Below, one piece after another: positions 30,972 to 44,690 of a stretch of DNA of 64,000 bases; position 1 is the first letter of the stretch; every line of letters starts with the position of its first letter. The DNA lies in the NCBI GenBank assembly GCA_963699245.1, contig OY969426.1, forward strand, positions 1,048,695-1,112,694. Reading direction: 5' to 3'. Under the pieces are notes generated by a model. The model ran no database searches. It saw nothing but the letters and a program-made list of their open reading frames with translations, and was not told where the DNA came from. This DNA comes from Thermoanaerobaculia bacterium (GTDB taxonomy: Bacteria > Acidobacteriota > Thermoanaerobaculia > Multivoradales > JAGPDF01). The position numbers and the translations under genes were made by a program.

Positions 30972-33479
30972 TCAGGTGCCGGGCCGGAGCAGGAGCTGCA
31001 GCGCCCCCTGTTCGAGCCAGTGGGCGAGGACGGTCCGCGCGCGATAGGAGTCGACGCCCCCCTCGCGCTCGCATTCGAGGACGCTCGCCGAACGGCGCAC
31101 GGCACCCCAGAGGCGCCGGATCAGCTCGCCGTCGGACTCCCCCGGCGGCGCCGACGGCTTCGCGGTGCCGCCGGTCACGTCCGCATCGTCCGGCACCAGG
31201 GCGCGCAGGCGCTGGAACTCGTCGAAACGGCGCATCGCTTCCATCAGCAGAGCCATGATCTCCCCGCCGCGCGCCGGCGGCGGGATCGAGCCGGGAGAGA
31301 GGCGCGTGAACTCGAAGGTGCCGGGCGCGGGAACCTCGAAGAGCTGGTAGAAGGCCGCCTCGGCGGCCAGCTCGCCGCAGCGGCAGGAGGCGAGCCTCCC
31401 CTCCGCCAGCTCGAGCGCGGCGCGCTCGACGCCGGCCGCGGTGCGGACGACGAGACGCCCCGTCGATTCCGACTGCTGCAGGTTCTGCAACAGCCCCGGC
31501 AGGCCGAAGACCTCGAGGTCGCCCGACAGCGACGTGCGTCCGCGGGCAGGTTCGGCCGGCGCCGGCGGCGGCGGCAGGAAGTCGCCGCCCTCCTCCTCCG
31601 TCTCGGCGGGTTCCTCCGCCGGCGCGCCGGCCAGCGCCGCCGCCGCGAAGCGGCCGGCATCCCGATCCGCGAAGCGCTCGGCGATGTCGGCGAGCGTGCG
31701 GCGCACCTCGGGATCCGTGGTGCGGGAGAGCGCGCGCACGACGTCGACCTGCGCTTCCTCGTTGCCCTTGGCCAGGATGCCGAGGATCTTCGTCGGCTGC
31801 AGCGCGCGCAGCGCCTGCAGCAGCCGCTGCAGCACCTCGCGGTCGCCGGCGAGGTCGACGTTGCGCAACTCGCGCAGGCGGGCCATCGAATCGCCGGCTC
31901 GCGGGCGTCGAGCCAGGGCGTGCTCGACCAGTGCCCGCCGCGCGCCGGCGGAGCCGCTGCGCACCAGCGCGGCGGCCAGGGCGTTGAGGATCTTCCACAT
32001 CTCCGGCAACGGATGGGGCAACGGCGCCGTCCCCTCGAGCACGCGATCCGCCTCCGCCAGCCGCTGCACGAGGAGGCCGGCGCCGAGCCCGCCGGGCAGC
32101 TGGCCGAGGAGCGTGAACGTCTCGCGCTGGAACGAGGGAGGTTCCGAAAGCTGCGAAAAGGGGGTCACCAGCGCCAGCTCCTGTTTCGGGTCGGTCCCCT
32201 TCTCCGGGCGCGGCAACCGGTGCAGCAGGTAGACCAGGTTGCGCAGGTGCCACCAGGCATCCGGGTCGTTCGACGACTCGGAGACCGCCAGCGCCAAGCG
32301 ATCGAAGACCGGCTGGCGCGCCTCGGCACCCCAGACTTCGAGCAGCGCCAGGGTCAACTTGCGCTTCTTCTGATCGGGCTGGTAGACGATCGCGTCGAGG
32401 AGCTCGGGGATCGACCACGCGGTCAGGAAGGCGGCCAGCCGGCGGAGGATCGGCCGGTTGGCGGGGTCGGTCGTGGCCTGGAGCACCCGCGAGGCATCGA
32501 ACGCCTCGTGCGCCGTGCCGCGGGCGATCTCGGCGACGTGCTTCTCGACCTCCCCATCCGCCGCCATCCGCTCGGCGAGGTCGAGCAAGGTCACGGCGCG
32601 GGAGAAAGCTCCCTCGTTGAAGCTGTCGGCGACCGCGCGCAGGAGGTCCTTCCAGCGCTCCCCCTTGCGCGCTCCGTCGCCCGCCAGCCGTACCACGCGC
32701 CGCACCGCCTCGACCGGCGCGCCGCCGACGATGTCGATCCCTTCGCCGCGCCGCACGACCCAGTTCGGCACCGCGCTCGAGATCGAGCGCACGAGCTCCC
32801 GCGAGACGGCCGGCGCGACTCCCGCGGCGTGCAGCCGCGCGATGCGCTCCTCGAGCTCCTCGGAGCTGGTGGCGCCGGAGGCGGCCAGAACGAGCATCTG
32901 GCGTCCGAGGTCCTCGGACGGAACGGCGGCACCGCCGCCCGGGGCGAGCCGCTCGAGCAGCATCGAGAAGCGGCGCAGGCTGCTCAGCTCGAGCTCGCTG
33001 AGCGCCGCGGGGCGCGCGGGCACCCGCGCCGCCGGAGCGCCTGGCGCCTCGCCGGAGGCGCGGCGCAGCGCGCCGACGACGGCCGGTGCCGGCGCGCCCT
33101 TCGCCGCGTGCAGGTAGGTCAGCATGCCGGTCAGCCGCTCGCGCTCCTCCTCCGGAACGAGGCCGGTGACCGTGTTGGCGACCTCGCCCAGGAAGGCCGA
33201 GAAGCGTTCGGAGGGAAGGAGGTTGAACTCCTCGAAGAGCTGGATCTTCTTCACCGCGTGGAAGAGGAGGTCGGCGAGCGGATCGCCGCCCGCCCGCGCG
33301 CGGTACTGGCCCGCCGACCAGGCATACAGCGCTTCGGCGAAGACCTCGGGCGGCAGGTCGAGAAGCACCTCGATCGCCTCGACGGCGAACAGGGGCGCGA
33401 CCTGATCGGCGAGATAGCGCTCGAGCTCGTCGAACGCTTCGCGGATGCGCGGGTCGCTGATTTCGGACTGCGAGGCCAT
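30972..33479 (-). CDS. large helical protein with a C-terminal DUF4388/PATAN-like domain
   Basis: 835 aa. The C-terminal segment SLSGDLEVFGLPGLLQNLQQSESTGRLVVRTAAGVERAALELAEGRLASCRCGELAAEAAFYQLFEVPAPGTFEF matches the DUF4388 pattern. The N-terminal ~650 aa are unrecognised and helical in composition. Confidence 0.75.
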   Translation of the reverse strand: MASQSEISDPRIREAFDELERYLADQVAPLFAVEAIEVLLDLPPEVFAEALYAWSAGQYRARAGGDPLADLLFHAVKKIQLFEEFNLLPSERFSAFLGEVANTVTGLVPEEERERLTGMLTYLHAAKGAPAPAVVGALRRASGEAPGAPAARVPARPAALSELELSSLRRFSMLLERLAPGGGAAVPSEDLGRQMLVLAASGATSSEELEERIARLHAAGVAPAVSRELVRSISSAVPNWVVRRGEGIDIVGGAPVEAVRRVVRLAGDGARKGERWKDLLRAVADSFNEGAFSRAVTLLDLAERMAADGEVEKHVAEIARGTAHEAFDASRVLQATTDPANRPILRRLAAFLTAWSIPELLDAIVYQPDQKKRKLTLALLEVWGAEARQPVFDRLALAVSESSNDPDAWWHLRNLVYLLHRLPRPEKGTDPKQELALVTPFSQLSEPPSFQRETFTLLGQLPGGLGAGLLVQRLAEADRVLEGTAPLPHPLPEMWKILNALAAALVRSGSAGARRALVEHALARRPRAGDSMARLRELRNVDLAGDREVLQRLLQALRALQPTKILGILAKGNEEAQVDVVRALSRTTDPEVRRTLADIAERFADRDAGRFAAAALAGAPAEEPAETEEEGGDFLPPPPAPAEPARGRTSLSGDLEVFGLPGLLQNLQQSESTGRLVVRTAAGVERAALELAEGRLASCRCGELAAEAAFYQLFEVPAPGTFEFTRLSPGSIPPPARGGEIMALLMEAMRRFDEFQRLRALVPDDADVTGGTAKPSAPPGESDGELIRRLWGAVRRSASVLECEREGGVDSYRARTVLAHWLEQGALQLLLRPGT

Positions 33480-33550
33480 GCCGGCGCCGAGCGTAACCCA
33501 GGAGTTTCGCGGCCGCCGCGAACCCCGTCACCCCCGGCGTCGGGAGTGGC

Positions 33551-35256
33551 TCAGCGCGACAGCCCGGCAGCCTGCGAGAAGACCGTGTCGAGGTCCGAGG
33601 GCAGGTCCTGCAGGTGGCCGATGGCGGCCACGAGCGGCGGCGTCGCCTGGCCGTACTTGTCGAGGAAGCGCTTCGTTCCGTCGTAGTCGCCGGTCGCCTG
33701 CAACATCAGCATGTCGTGCAGGAGGCTCCGGATTCCGTCGGGGAACTTGGCGGCGACCGTGCGGTAGCGGCCGTCGGCGCCGATCTCGATGGCGCCCTTT
33801 TCGAGCAGGTAGTTGAACTGCGCGACGACGCCCTGGGCGTGCGCCTCGGTGACGCCCCAGCGCGCCGAACGGAAGAGCCCCGCGACGTAGGTCGGGTCGA
33901 CCGCGGCGCGCAGCTCCCTGGGCATCTCTCCCTGCTCGATCAGGGCGAGGATGTTGTAGATCCCCATCACGTCGGCCTTCGCCTCCTCGAGCGTCGAGTA
34001 GAGCTCCTTGAGCTCGAGTCGCGCCTCGGTGGTCTTGCCGTTCTTGACGATGGTACCGGGGCCGAGGCCGTGCGAGAGCTCGTGGTGCAGCGTCTGGTTG
34101 AAGAACTCCTCGAACGAGACGCGCGCGGCGTCCTCCGGCGAGAGCGTGCGCTGCGCGATCGGCACCAGCATCTGGTCGTACTTGGCGCGAATGATGTTGT
34201 GCAGCAGGACCTTCTTCGATCCCTTGGCCTCGCGCACCCGCTCGTCGTTCGGCAGGTTGTAGGCGATCGTCTTGACGCCGCGATTGCCGTCGCCGGCGGT
34301 GAACACCACGTCGACGACGCTGATCGGGCTCTCGGAACCGCGCTTCAGGTTCTTGTGCTCGTCCGCGATCGGCAGGTTGCGCTCGAGCCAGGGGAGCCGG
34401 GACTTGTAGCGCGCCAGCGCCTGCGACTCCGCCGGCAGCGCGACCGTGACGTAGGCCTCGTAGGCCGCCTTGTAGCCGAAGAGACCGTCTTCGTAGGTCT
34501 CGTAGGGGCCGATGGTGACCTCGACGGGAGCGTCGACGTCCATCCACGCCATGTCGCTCTCGTAGTAGTCGTTCGAGAGGAACGCGGCGGCGCGGGTCTC
34601 GAGGAAGCGCTTCAGCGTCGGGCTGGAGGTCGCCGCCGCGGCCGCGCGCAGGTGGGCGGCGGCGCGCTCGAGCGGCTCGCGGTAGTAGACGTTGTAGGGA
34701 ACGGCGCGCAGCGCCGCGCCCTCGCGCACGATGACCGTGCGCTCGGCGAGGAAGGCGTCGCGATCGGCCGGGTGGGCGGCGAGCCAACGCTCGAACTCCT
34801 CCCTGGTCATGTCCTCGGGATAGAAGCCAGCGCCCTCGGGCTTCTTCTGCGCGCCGACGAACGGCGCGTCGGCGTCGAGGCGATCCCACGGCCCCTGGTT
34901 GAGTACGAAGAGCCGCTGGGCGGCTTCGGCCAGCGGCCCTTTCGCGCGCGCCAACTCCTGCTCGAGGGCCGGGTTCTCCCGCGACACCTGCAGGCGGAAA
35001 ATGGTGTCCATCTCACGCGACGCCGCGATCAGGTCGCCGAGCGCCTTGCGATCGCCGGCGCCGAGCGGCGAGAGGTCGGCGGCGATCTCGGTCGGCGCCA
35101 GCTTCGCGGCGCGCGCCGCTACGTCGGGAGCGATCACCAGCTCGACTCCGCTCTCGATCGTCTGGGCGCCCGCGGCGCCAGTGGCCAGCAGAGCCGTGAG
35201 GGCAGCCAGCGTGCCCAGCGCGGTCCCGCGAGTTCCCTTCTCGAATCCGTCACGCT

Positions 35257-35260
<4 letters not shown>
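33551..35260 (-). CDS. secreted Zn-dependent hydrolase, dipeptidyl-peptidase III (M49)-like
   Basis: 569 aa from ATG 35260, with GGGAGA upstream. A signal peptide is present (ALGTLAALTALLATGAAGAQT). The metal motifs are HELSHGLGP and, 30 aa later, EEAKADV, resembling the M49 HExxxH/EExxAE pair. Confidence 0.65.
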
Positions 35261-38962
<3,702 letters not shown>

Positions 38963-40456
38963 TCAGTTCCGCTCGTAGGAGAAGAAGTCGACTCCGAAGA
39001 GCTCCGCCTGCCCGACGAGGCGCCAGCGCGGACCCCGCTCGAGCGACCTCGGGAGCTGCACGAAGTCCCCTTTCCAGAACCTGTCCCGGATCAGATGAAC
39101 GATCCGCTGCTCGCGCAGGGAGGCGCGGCCGGCTTTGCGAAACTTCCCGGGATCGTCGACGAGGAGCCGCTTGTCGCCTCCCAGGCGGCGAACATAGAAG
39201 GCGAGAGCGTCGAGCGGTACCGCTCCGGTCACCAGAGCCCGATCGTTCGCCGGCGTGCGCTCGAGCAGCAGCCGCGCGGCGGCGCGCCAATCCGGATTGG
39301 GCTCGTGCACCGTCGTGATCCCCGGCTTCTGCCACCAGCCCAGCCAGGCGGCCGCCGTCAGGGCGACGAGCGCCGCCGAGGCAGCCAGGCGCGGCGCTCG
39401 GCCGCGGATCGACCAGGCGCCGCGCGCCTCGAGCGCCACGAAGAACGGCAGGACCACCAGCAGGTAGCGCTCGATGTAGAGGTGGCGGAAACCGATCAGA
39501 TCGAACAGCGCGAGCGCGACGGGAAGCGTCGCGAGGAAAGCCATGTCGATCAGGGCGGCGCGAGCCGTTCGCCCTTCGCCGGCGAAAAGACCCCGCAAGA
39601 GCAGGGCGCCAGCGAACAACTGGCAGGCGAGCAGCAACGGATGCGCGAGCAGAAACCTCGGTGACGCGGCATCGGCCCCCACCGTCCAGAGCGCGTTGCC
39701 CTCCGGAAACCAGTGAAAGAAGAGCTGCCAGGCTTCGCCCGGCGTGAAGGCGCGCAGGAAGCTCTGGCCGGTGTCGAGGTGACCGATGAGCTCCTTGGCG
39801 ACGAGCACGCCGGCGACGGCCAGTCCGACAGCGCCCACCGCACCGGTCATCCAGAGGCGCGAGCGTCCGCGCGCCGTCAGTGCCAGGAGACCGAACGGAA
39901 CCAAGAATGCCGTGGCGAAGTAGTGCGTGAAACAGGCGGCGCCGAGCGCCAGCGCGAAGAGCGCGAGGCGCTCCGGCGAGAAGGGCTCGCTGACGAGCCG
40001 GTCGCCGAGCAGGGCCGCGGCGACCAGCAGGAAGAGCGTCAGCGCGTAGGGAGTCGCCTCCTGCGAATACCAGACGTGCGCCGGCGAGAACGCCAGAACG
40101 AGACCGGCGAGCAATCCGGCCGCGTCGCCGCTCCGGCGCCGGACGAGCTGGTAGGTGAGCAGGATCGAGCCGATCCCGAGCAGCAGCGACGGCAGCCGGA
40201 GGGCGACTTCGCCCTCGCCGAAGAGCTCCACCCAGCCGAAGAGCAGCAGCCGATAGAGCGGCGAAGTCTTGCTGACGACGAGGGTGCGCAGCAGCTCCGG
40301 CCAGCTTCGCCAGAGCTGGTGCGTCGAGTACCAGACTTCGTCGAACCAGAGGCTGCGGCCGAATCGTGGGAGCCGCAGCAGCAGCGCCAGCAGGCCGAGC
40401 AGCGGCAATGCGAGACGCGGCTCGGCGAGTCGCGCGGTCCCGCCTGGGCTGCTCAT
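38963..40456 (-). CDS. glycosyltransferase family 39 (ArnT/PMT-like) membrane protein
   Basis: 497 aa, polytopic. The N-terminal loop motif is SLWFDEVW. The overall layout is PMT_2-like with a C-terminal soluble tail. Confidence 0.8.
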   Translation of the reverse strand: MSSPGGTARLAEPRLALPLLGLLALLLRLPRFGRSLWFDEVWYSTHQLWRSWPELLRTLVVSKTSPLYRLLLFGWVELFGEGEVALRLPSLLLGIGSILLTYQLVRRRSGDAAGLLAGLVLAFSPAHVWYSQEATPYALTLFLLVAAALLGDRLVSEPFSPERLALFALALGAACFTHYFATAFLVPFGLLALTARGRSRLWMTGAVGAVGLAVAGVLVAKELIGHLDTGQSFLRAFTPGEAWQLFFHWFPEGNALWTVGADAASPRFLLAHPLLLACQLFAGALLLRGLFAGEGRTARAALIDMAFLATLPVALALFDLIGFRHLYIERYLLVVLPFFVALEARGAWSIRGRAPRLAASAALVALTAAAWLGWWQKPGITTVHEPNPDWRAAARLLLERTPANDRALVTGAVPLDALAFYVRRLGGDKRLLVDDPGKFRKAGRASLREQRIVHLIRDRFWKGDFVQLPRSLERGPRWRLVGQAELFGVDFFSYERN

Positions 40457-40504
40457 CGGGCTTTTCGCATGCGACGGCGGCCATCATATGGACGGTCGCT
40501 CAGC

Positions 40505-40541
40505 AAGACAAAACGGGCCGGCTCCGCGAGAGAGCCGGCCC
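40505..40541 (-). terminator. rho-independent terminator after the ECF-module operon
   Basis: 10-bp stem GGGCCGGCTC/GAGCCGGCCC (40515-40524 and 40532-40541) with a 7-nt loop. On the minus strand it is followed by GTTTTGTCTTG. Confidence 0.55.
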
Positions 40542-40564
40542 GCAGGCAATGCCTTATCGTCCCG

Positions 40565-42046
40565 TCAGATCTTCGGATACTCGCCGTCGTCGTCGCCTTC
40601 TGCGGCGGGCGGCGGCGTGCTGGTCACCGCCGCTGGCTCCGGGCTCTCGACCGGAGGCGGCGGTGGCGGCGGAGCGATCACGGCCGGGGCGGAGGAGCGG
40701 CGCCACTCGCCCGACAGGGCGGCGAGGGTCATCGCCCCGAGCCCCATCGTCCAGGCGACGTACTTGAGGAAGAAGCCGAGCCCCACCAGCGTGAAGCCCG
40801 CCACCGCCAGCCAGCCGCCGGGCAGAGACAGCGCCCGGCCGACGAGCGAGATCGCCTGGATGGCGACGACGCCGACGATGACTCCCATCGCGACGCTCGA
40901 CGCCGTCCAGCCGAAGCGCCGTTCTACCGCCGCTCCGAGCACCTTGGCGACACCGACGAAGCCGACGAAGGTCGCCACGATGAGCGCGAGCACCGCGAAG
41001 GGCACCAGCACGAGGAGCGGGATGCCGATGATCGACACCGCCAGCACGACGATGGCCAGGATCAGCACCGGCAGGAAGAGGAGCTGAGTGAGCAGGCCGG
41101 CGAATGCCGCCTTCCAGGGCTCGGCGCCGGCGCGGCGGGCGGCGAGATCGACCGCAGGCCGGAGCACCATCACCGCCAGCACGGCGAGCAGCGCCAGGAA
41201 TCCGGTGCGGAGGACGGCGGTCACCATCCGCGCGGTGTCGCCGAAGGCGCCCCAGGGGAAGCGCCAGCCATGCCGCATCCCGCCGAGGAAGGGACCACCG
41301 ACGCCGACCGAAGTGTTCTGCCCGCGCACCTCGCCGGTGCCGTCGGTCTCGACGGTGCCGCCGACCGCGACGCCGTCCCCGTCGACGATCGCGCCGTCTT
41401 CGACTTCGACGCTGCCGCCGACCGCGACCGCGTTGCCGCCGACCGTGCCGCTGACGTGGACAGTGCCGCCGATCGCCACCGCGTCGCCGGAGGTCGTCCC
41501 TTCGACGTTGATCGAGCAGCCGATGCAGACGACGTCGTTCGCCGTCTCGTTCTTGGCGAGATGGATCGAGTGCGCGAAGGAGACCCGGTCATCGCCGCCG
41601 GCCCGCACCTTGAGGTGGGAGCCCGGCACGCCGATCGGCACGTCGATGTCGACTCCTTCCTTCGCCCGCCGCTCGGCGCGGGTCCGGCGCTCCTCCTTCG
41701 CCTCCGGCTCGAATCCGAGCGCCTGGCGCCGCGCGCCGGCGTCGAGCGCCAGCAGGTCGCGGATCAGCTCGCCGTCCTTGCCGAGGAAGGCCACCAGCTC
41801 CTTCTCGTCGAAGTCCTTGCCGTTGACCAGGACGTCGCCCCCGTCTTCGATCTCGATCGAGCGGACGGCGGAGGCGGCGTCGCGGGGGCGCAGGAGCAGC
41901 GATTCGGCGAGCGCGCGGACCTCGTAGCGGTCGAGCACCTGCTGGCCGAGGGCGTCCGGAGCGGCGGCGGCCGGCGCGCCGGTGAGAGCCAGCGCGGCGG
42001 CAAAGCAGGCCAGCGCCAGGAAGGCGAGGCGCAGGCGGCGGGTCAT
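40565..42046 (-). CDS. membrane protein with a bactofilin-like (polymer-forming, beta-helical) repeat domain
   Basis: 493 aa from ATG 42046. It has a signal peptide (MTRRLRLAFLALACFAAALALTGAPAAAAPD). The central repeats are GDAVAIGGTVHVSGTVGGNAVAVGGSVEVEDGAIVDGDGVAVGGTVE. Next come about 6 TM helices and a Pro-rich tail. Confidence 0.65.
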   Translation of the reverse strand: MTRRLRLAFLALACFAAALALTGAPAAAAPDALGQQVLDRYEVRALAESLLLRPRDAASAVRSIEIEDGGDVLVNGKDFDEKELVAFLGKDGELIRDLLALDAGARRQALGFEPEAKEERRTRAERRAKEGVDIDVPIGVPGSHLKVRAGGDDRVSFAHSIHLAKNETANDVVCIGCSINVEGTTSGDAVAIGGTVHVSGTVGGNAVAVGGSVEVEDGAIVDGDGVAVGGTVETDGTGEVRGQNTSVGVGGPFLGGMRHGWRFPWGAFGDTARMVTAVLRTGFLALLAVLAVMVLRPAVDLAARRAGAEPWKAAFAGLLTQLLFLPVLILAIVVLAVSIIGIPLLVLVPFAVLALIVATFVGFVGVAKVLGAAVERRFGWTASSVAMGVIVGVVAIQAISLVGRALSLPGGWLAVAGFTLVGLGFFLKYVAWTMGLGAMTLAALSGEWRRSSAPAVIAPPPPPPPVESPEPAAVTSTPPPAAEGDDDGEYPKI

Positions 42047-42056
42047 CGAGCCAGGT

Positions 42057-42572
42057 TCAGGACGCATGGCGGGCACTCCTTGTCGAGGGAACGAGCGCGC
42101 GCAGCCCCCTCAGGGCGGCGGCGGCGAGCGCGAACTGCAGCAAGAGAAGGGCGAAGACGGAGGGATGGAGCATCGCCCGGCCGACCACCTCGACGGCGCC
42201 GACCAGCGACCCCCACGTGGCGAGCCCCGAGGCGGCCCGCACGCTGAGGCCGGCGACTCCCCGGATGGCGAGGGAGAGAACGGAGCCCGGGCCGACGAGC
42301 CCGGCGAGAGGCAGCGCCATCGGCGCCACCAGGGCGGCACCGAGCGCGGCGACCAGCAGGGCGGCCGCCAGGCCGAAGCGGACCGCGGGGCGGGCGAAGA
42401 CCGACGGGCGGCGAACCCGGGCGAGCACCCGGTCGGCGAACCCGCCGGCCGGCGCGAGGCGCGGCAGGGCGAGAAAGAGCTCGCGCAGCGCCAGATCGGC
42501 TTCCGCCTCACGGCCGGCCGCTTCCGCAGCCCGGAAGCGCCGCCAGCTGTCGATCTCGGGGTTCCGATTCAT
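42057..42572 (-). CDS. putative membrane anti-sigma factor
   Basis: 171 aa. ATG at 42572 is preceded by GGGAGAGAG and lies 28 nt after the ECF sigma stop. It has a short cytoplasmic N-terminus and then 3-4 TM helices. The call is made from position only; there is no ZAS motif. Confidence 0.5.
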   Translation of the reverse strand: MNRNPEIDSWRRFRAAEAAGREAEADLALRELFLALPRLAPAGGFADRVLARVRRPSVFARPAVRFGLAAALLVAALGAALVAPMALPLAGLVGPGSVLSLAIRGVAGLSVRAASGLATWGSLVGAVEVVGRAMLHPSVFALLLLQFALAAAALRGLRALVPSTRSARHAS

Positions 42573-42600
42573 GCTCTCTCCCGTCGTTGGGCCCTACGCG

Positions 42601-43143
42601 TCATCGGGGTCCCGGGTTTCGTCCCGGAGCCAGATCCTCGGGATCCCAGCCCCCCGCCTTCATCCGCCGGGCGAGCTCCTGGCGGGCCCGGAAGAGGTGC
42701 ACTTTGACCGTCCCGAGCGGCGAGCCGGTCACCTCGGCGATCTCCTCGTAGGAGAGCTCCTCGGCGAAACGGAGCAGCAGGATCTCCCGGTACTGGGGAC
42801 GGAGCTCGGCCAGGGCGCGCTCGAGGGCGCGCCCGGCGGCCCGGAAGGTGGTCCGCACCAGGGGATCTTCCGCCGCGGGGTCCGCCGGCAGCTCGGGCGC
42901 CGCCTCTCCCTCGACGACGGGGGCGTCCAGCGACAGCGGCTCCTCCCCCCGACGCCGCAGCGAGTCGAGCGCCGCGTTGTGGGCGATCTTGAACAGCCAG
43001 CTGGAGAACTTGCGTTGCGGATCGAAGCGGCCGAGCGCCTTCCAGGCACGGACGAAGCTCTCCTGGGCGATCTCCTCGGCGACTTCGGGACGCCGGACGA
43101 TGCGCACGATCAGGCTGAAGACCGGACGCTCGAACCGCTCCAC
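42601..43143 (-). CDS. ECF RNA polymerase sigma factor (true start probably upstream, see findings)
   Basis: Region 2 is PEVAEEIAQESFVRAWKAL...FSSWLFKIAHNAALD. Region 4 is LSYEEIAEVTGSPLGTVKVHLFRARQEL. The first canonical start is GTG at 43143, but conserved sequence continues upstream in frame to 43212. Confidence 0.85.
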   Translation of the reverse strand: MERFERPVFSLIVRIVRRPEVAEEIAQESFVRAWKALGRFDPQRKFSSWLFKIAHNAALDSLRRRGEEPLSLDAPVVEGEAAPELPADPAAEDPLVRTTFRAAGRALERALAELRPQYREILLLRFAEELSYEEIAEVTGSPLGTVKVHLFRARQELARRMKAGGWDPEDLAPGRNPGPR

Positions 43144-43271
43144 GAGCTCGCGGAAAGCCTCCTCGGAGCCGCGGCTCGCCGCGACCGCCAGCTCTTCGTC
43201 CGAACGCGCCGTGCGGTCCTCCTCGCTCTGCGTGAGGGAATCCGGGGGAGCCTAACCCAGCGCTCCGCCGC

Positions 43272-44690
43272 TCAGCCGCCCGCGGCGCCCGGCTCCGTCG
43301 CCGGCGCGTCCCAGCCGCCGCCGAGCGCACGGACGAGCGCCAGAAGCGCCTCGACTTCGTCCCGCCGGGAGCTCTCGAGCTCGAGCTCGGACCGGAAAAG
43401 GCTCCGCTCCGCGTCGTGCAGCTCGAGGTAAGAGGTCTCCCCCTCCTCGTAGCGCAGGCGGGCGAGCTCGCGCGCCCGGGTCAGGGCCGCCACGTTGCGC
43501 TCGAGCGCCGCGCGCACGGCGCTGCCGGTCGAGCGCGCCACGAGCGCATCCTCGACCTCGGCGAAGGCGCTCTGCACCGCCTTGACGTAAGCCGCCAGCG
43601 CCTGCCGCTCGCGCGCCTCGGCCGCCTGCACGTCGCGCCGCGCCCTGCCCCCCTGGAAGATCGGCTGCAGGAGGTTGGCGGCGAGATTCCAGATGCTCGT
43701 GCCGGAGCCCAGCAGGTCGCCGAGCTCCTTGCTCTCCGAGCCGCTGTAGGCGGTCAGGCTGATCGAAGGAAAGTACTCCGTCCTGGCGACGCCGATGCGC
43801 GCGTTCGCCGCGACCAGCGCCTGCTCTGCCGCGATCACGTCGGGACGCCGGGCGAGGAGCTCCGAGGGGATGCCGGCGGGGATCTCGGGCAACGCGACCT
43901 TCGCGAGGTCGGCGCCGGCCTCGACGCGGGCCCCGAATCGCCCGAGCAGCACGCCCAGCCGGTTCTCGGTCTGCGCGCGTCGTCGCTCGAGCGCCGGCAC
44001 CGTCGCCTCGGTCGCCGCCAGCTCGGCCTCGACCTGCGCCAGGTCGAGCTCGGAAATCGAGCCGGCCTCGAAGCGCAGCTTCTGCAATCGCAGCGTGTCT
44101 TCGAGGCTCGCCTGCGTCTCTCGCGCCACCGCGAGCTGCCGGTCGTACGTCAGCAGGTCGAAATAGGCGGCGGCGACGTCGCTCGCCACCGCCAGCTGGA
44201 CGCTGCGCCGCCCCGCCTCGGTGGCGACGAGCTCCGCCCGCGCCGCCTCGGAGGCCCGCGCGTAGCGCCCCCAGAAGTCGATTTCCCACCCGAAAGACGC
44301 GGCGGCGCGGTAGCGATCGAGCTCCAGCGGAAAGCCGGGCGGGAGCTGCGCCGTTGCCGGCGACAGCTTCGTGCGGCTGCCGGAGGCCCCCACTTCGAGC
44401 ACGGGGAAGCGGTCGGCGTTCGTCACGCCGAGTATGGCGCGCGCCTCGTCCACCCGCGCCGCGGCGGCGACGAGGTCCTGGTTGCCCGCCATCGCCTCCT
44501 CGACCAGCTTGTCGAGGGCCGGATCGTGGAAGAGCTTCCACCACTCCGCGGGTACCGGCTCGCCGCCGGAAGGCTGCGAATAGGCCTGCGGAGGCGCGAG
44601 CTCCGGCCGCTGGTAGTCGGGGCCGAGCGTGACGCAGGCCGAGAGCGAGAGCGCCGCGAAGACGGCGGGAGAGAGTCGTGCGAGCTTCAT
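43272..44690 (-). CDS. RND efflux outer-membrane lipoprotein (NodT/OprM family)
   Basis: 472 aa. The lipobox is FAALSLSAC. LGPDYQRPE follows the Cys, which is the family hallmark. Confidence 0.9.
   Translation of the reverse strand: MKLARLSPAVFAALSLSACVTLGPDYQRPELAPPQAYSQPSGGEPVPAEWWKLFHDPALDKLVEEAMAGNQDLVAAAARVDEARAILGVTNADRFPVLEVGASGSRTKLSPATAQLPPGFPLELDRYRAAASFGWEIDFWGRYARASEAARAELVATEAGRRSVQLAVASDVAAAYFDLLTYDRQLAVARETQASLEDTLRLQKLRFEAGSISELDLAQVEAELAATEATVPALERRRAQTENRLGVLLGRFGARVEAGADLAKVALPEIPAGIPSELLARRPDVIAAEQALVAANARIGVARTEYFPSISLTAYSGSESKELGDLLGSGTSIWNLAANLLQPIFQGGRARRDVQAAEARERQALAAYVKAVQSAFAEVEDALVARSTGSAVRAALERNVAALTRARELARLRYEEGETSYLELHDAERSLFRSELELESSRRDEVEALLALVRALGGGWDAPATEPGAAGG

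Noticed and set aside
41300-41520. Repetitive DNA (recurring GCCGCCGACCGCGAC-like units) that could be a non-coding tandem repeat
   Set aside because: It lies entirely in frame within the bactofilin-like gene and encodes its G-x-V-x-V-G-G beta-helix repeats. The units are imperfect and not spacer-separated.
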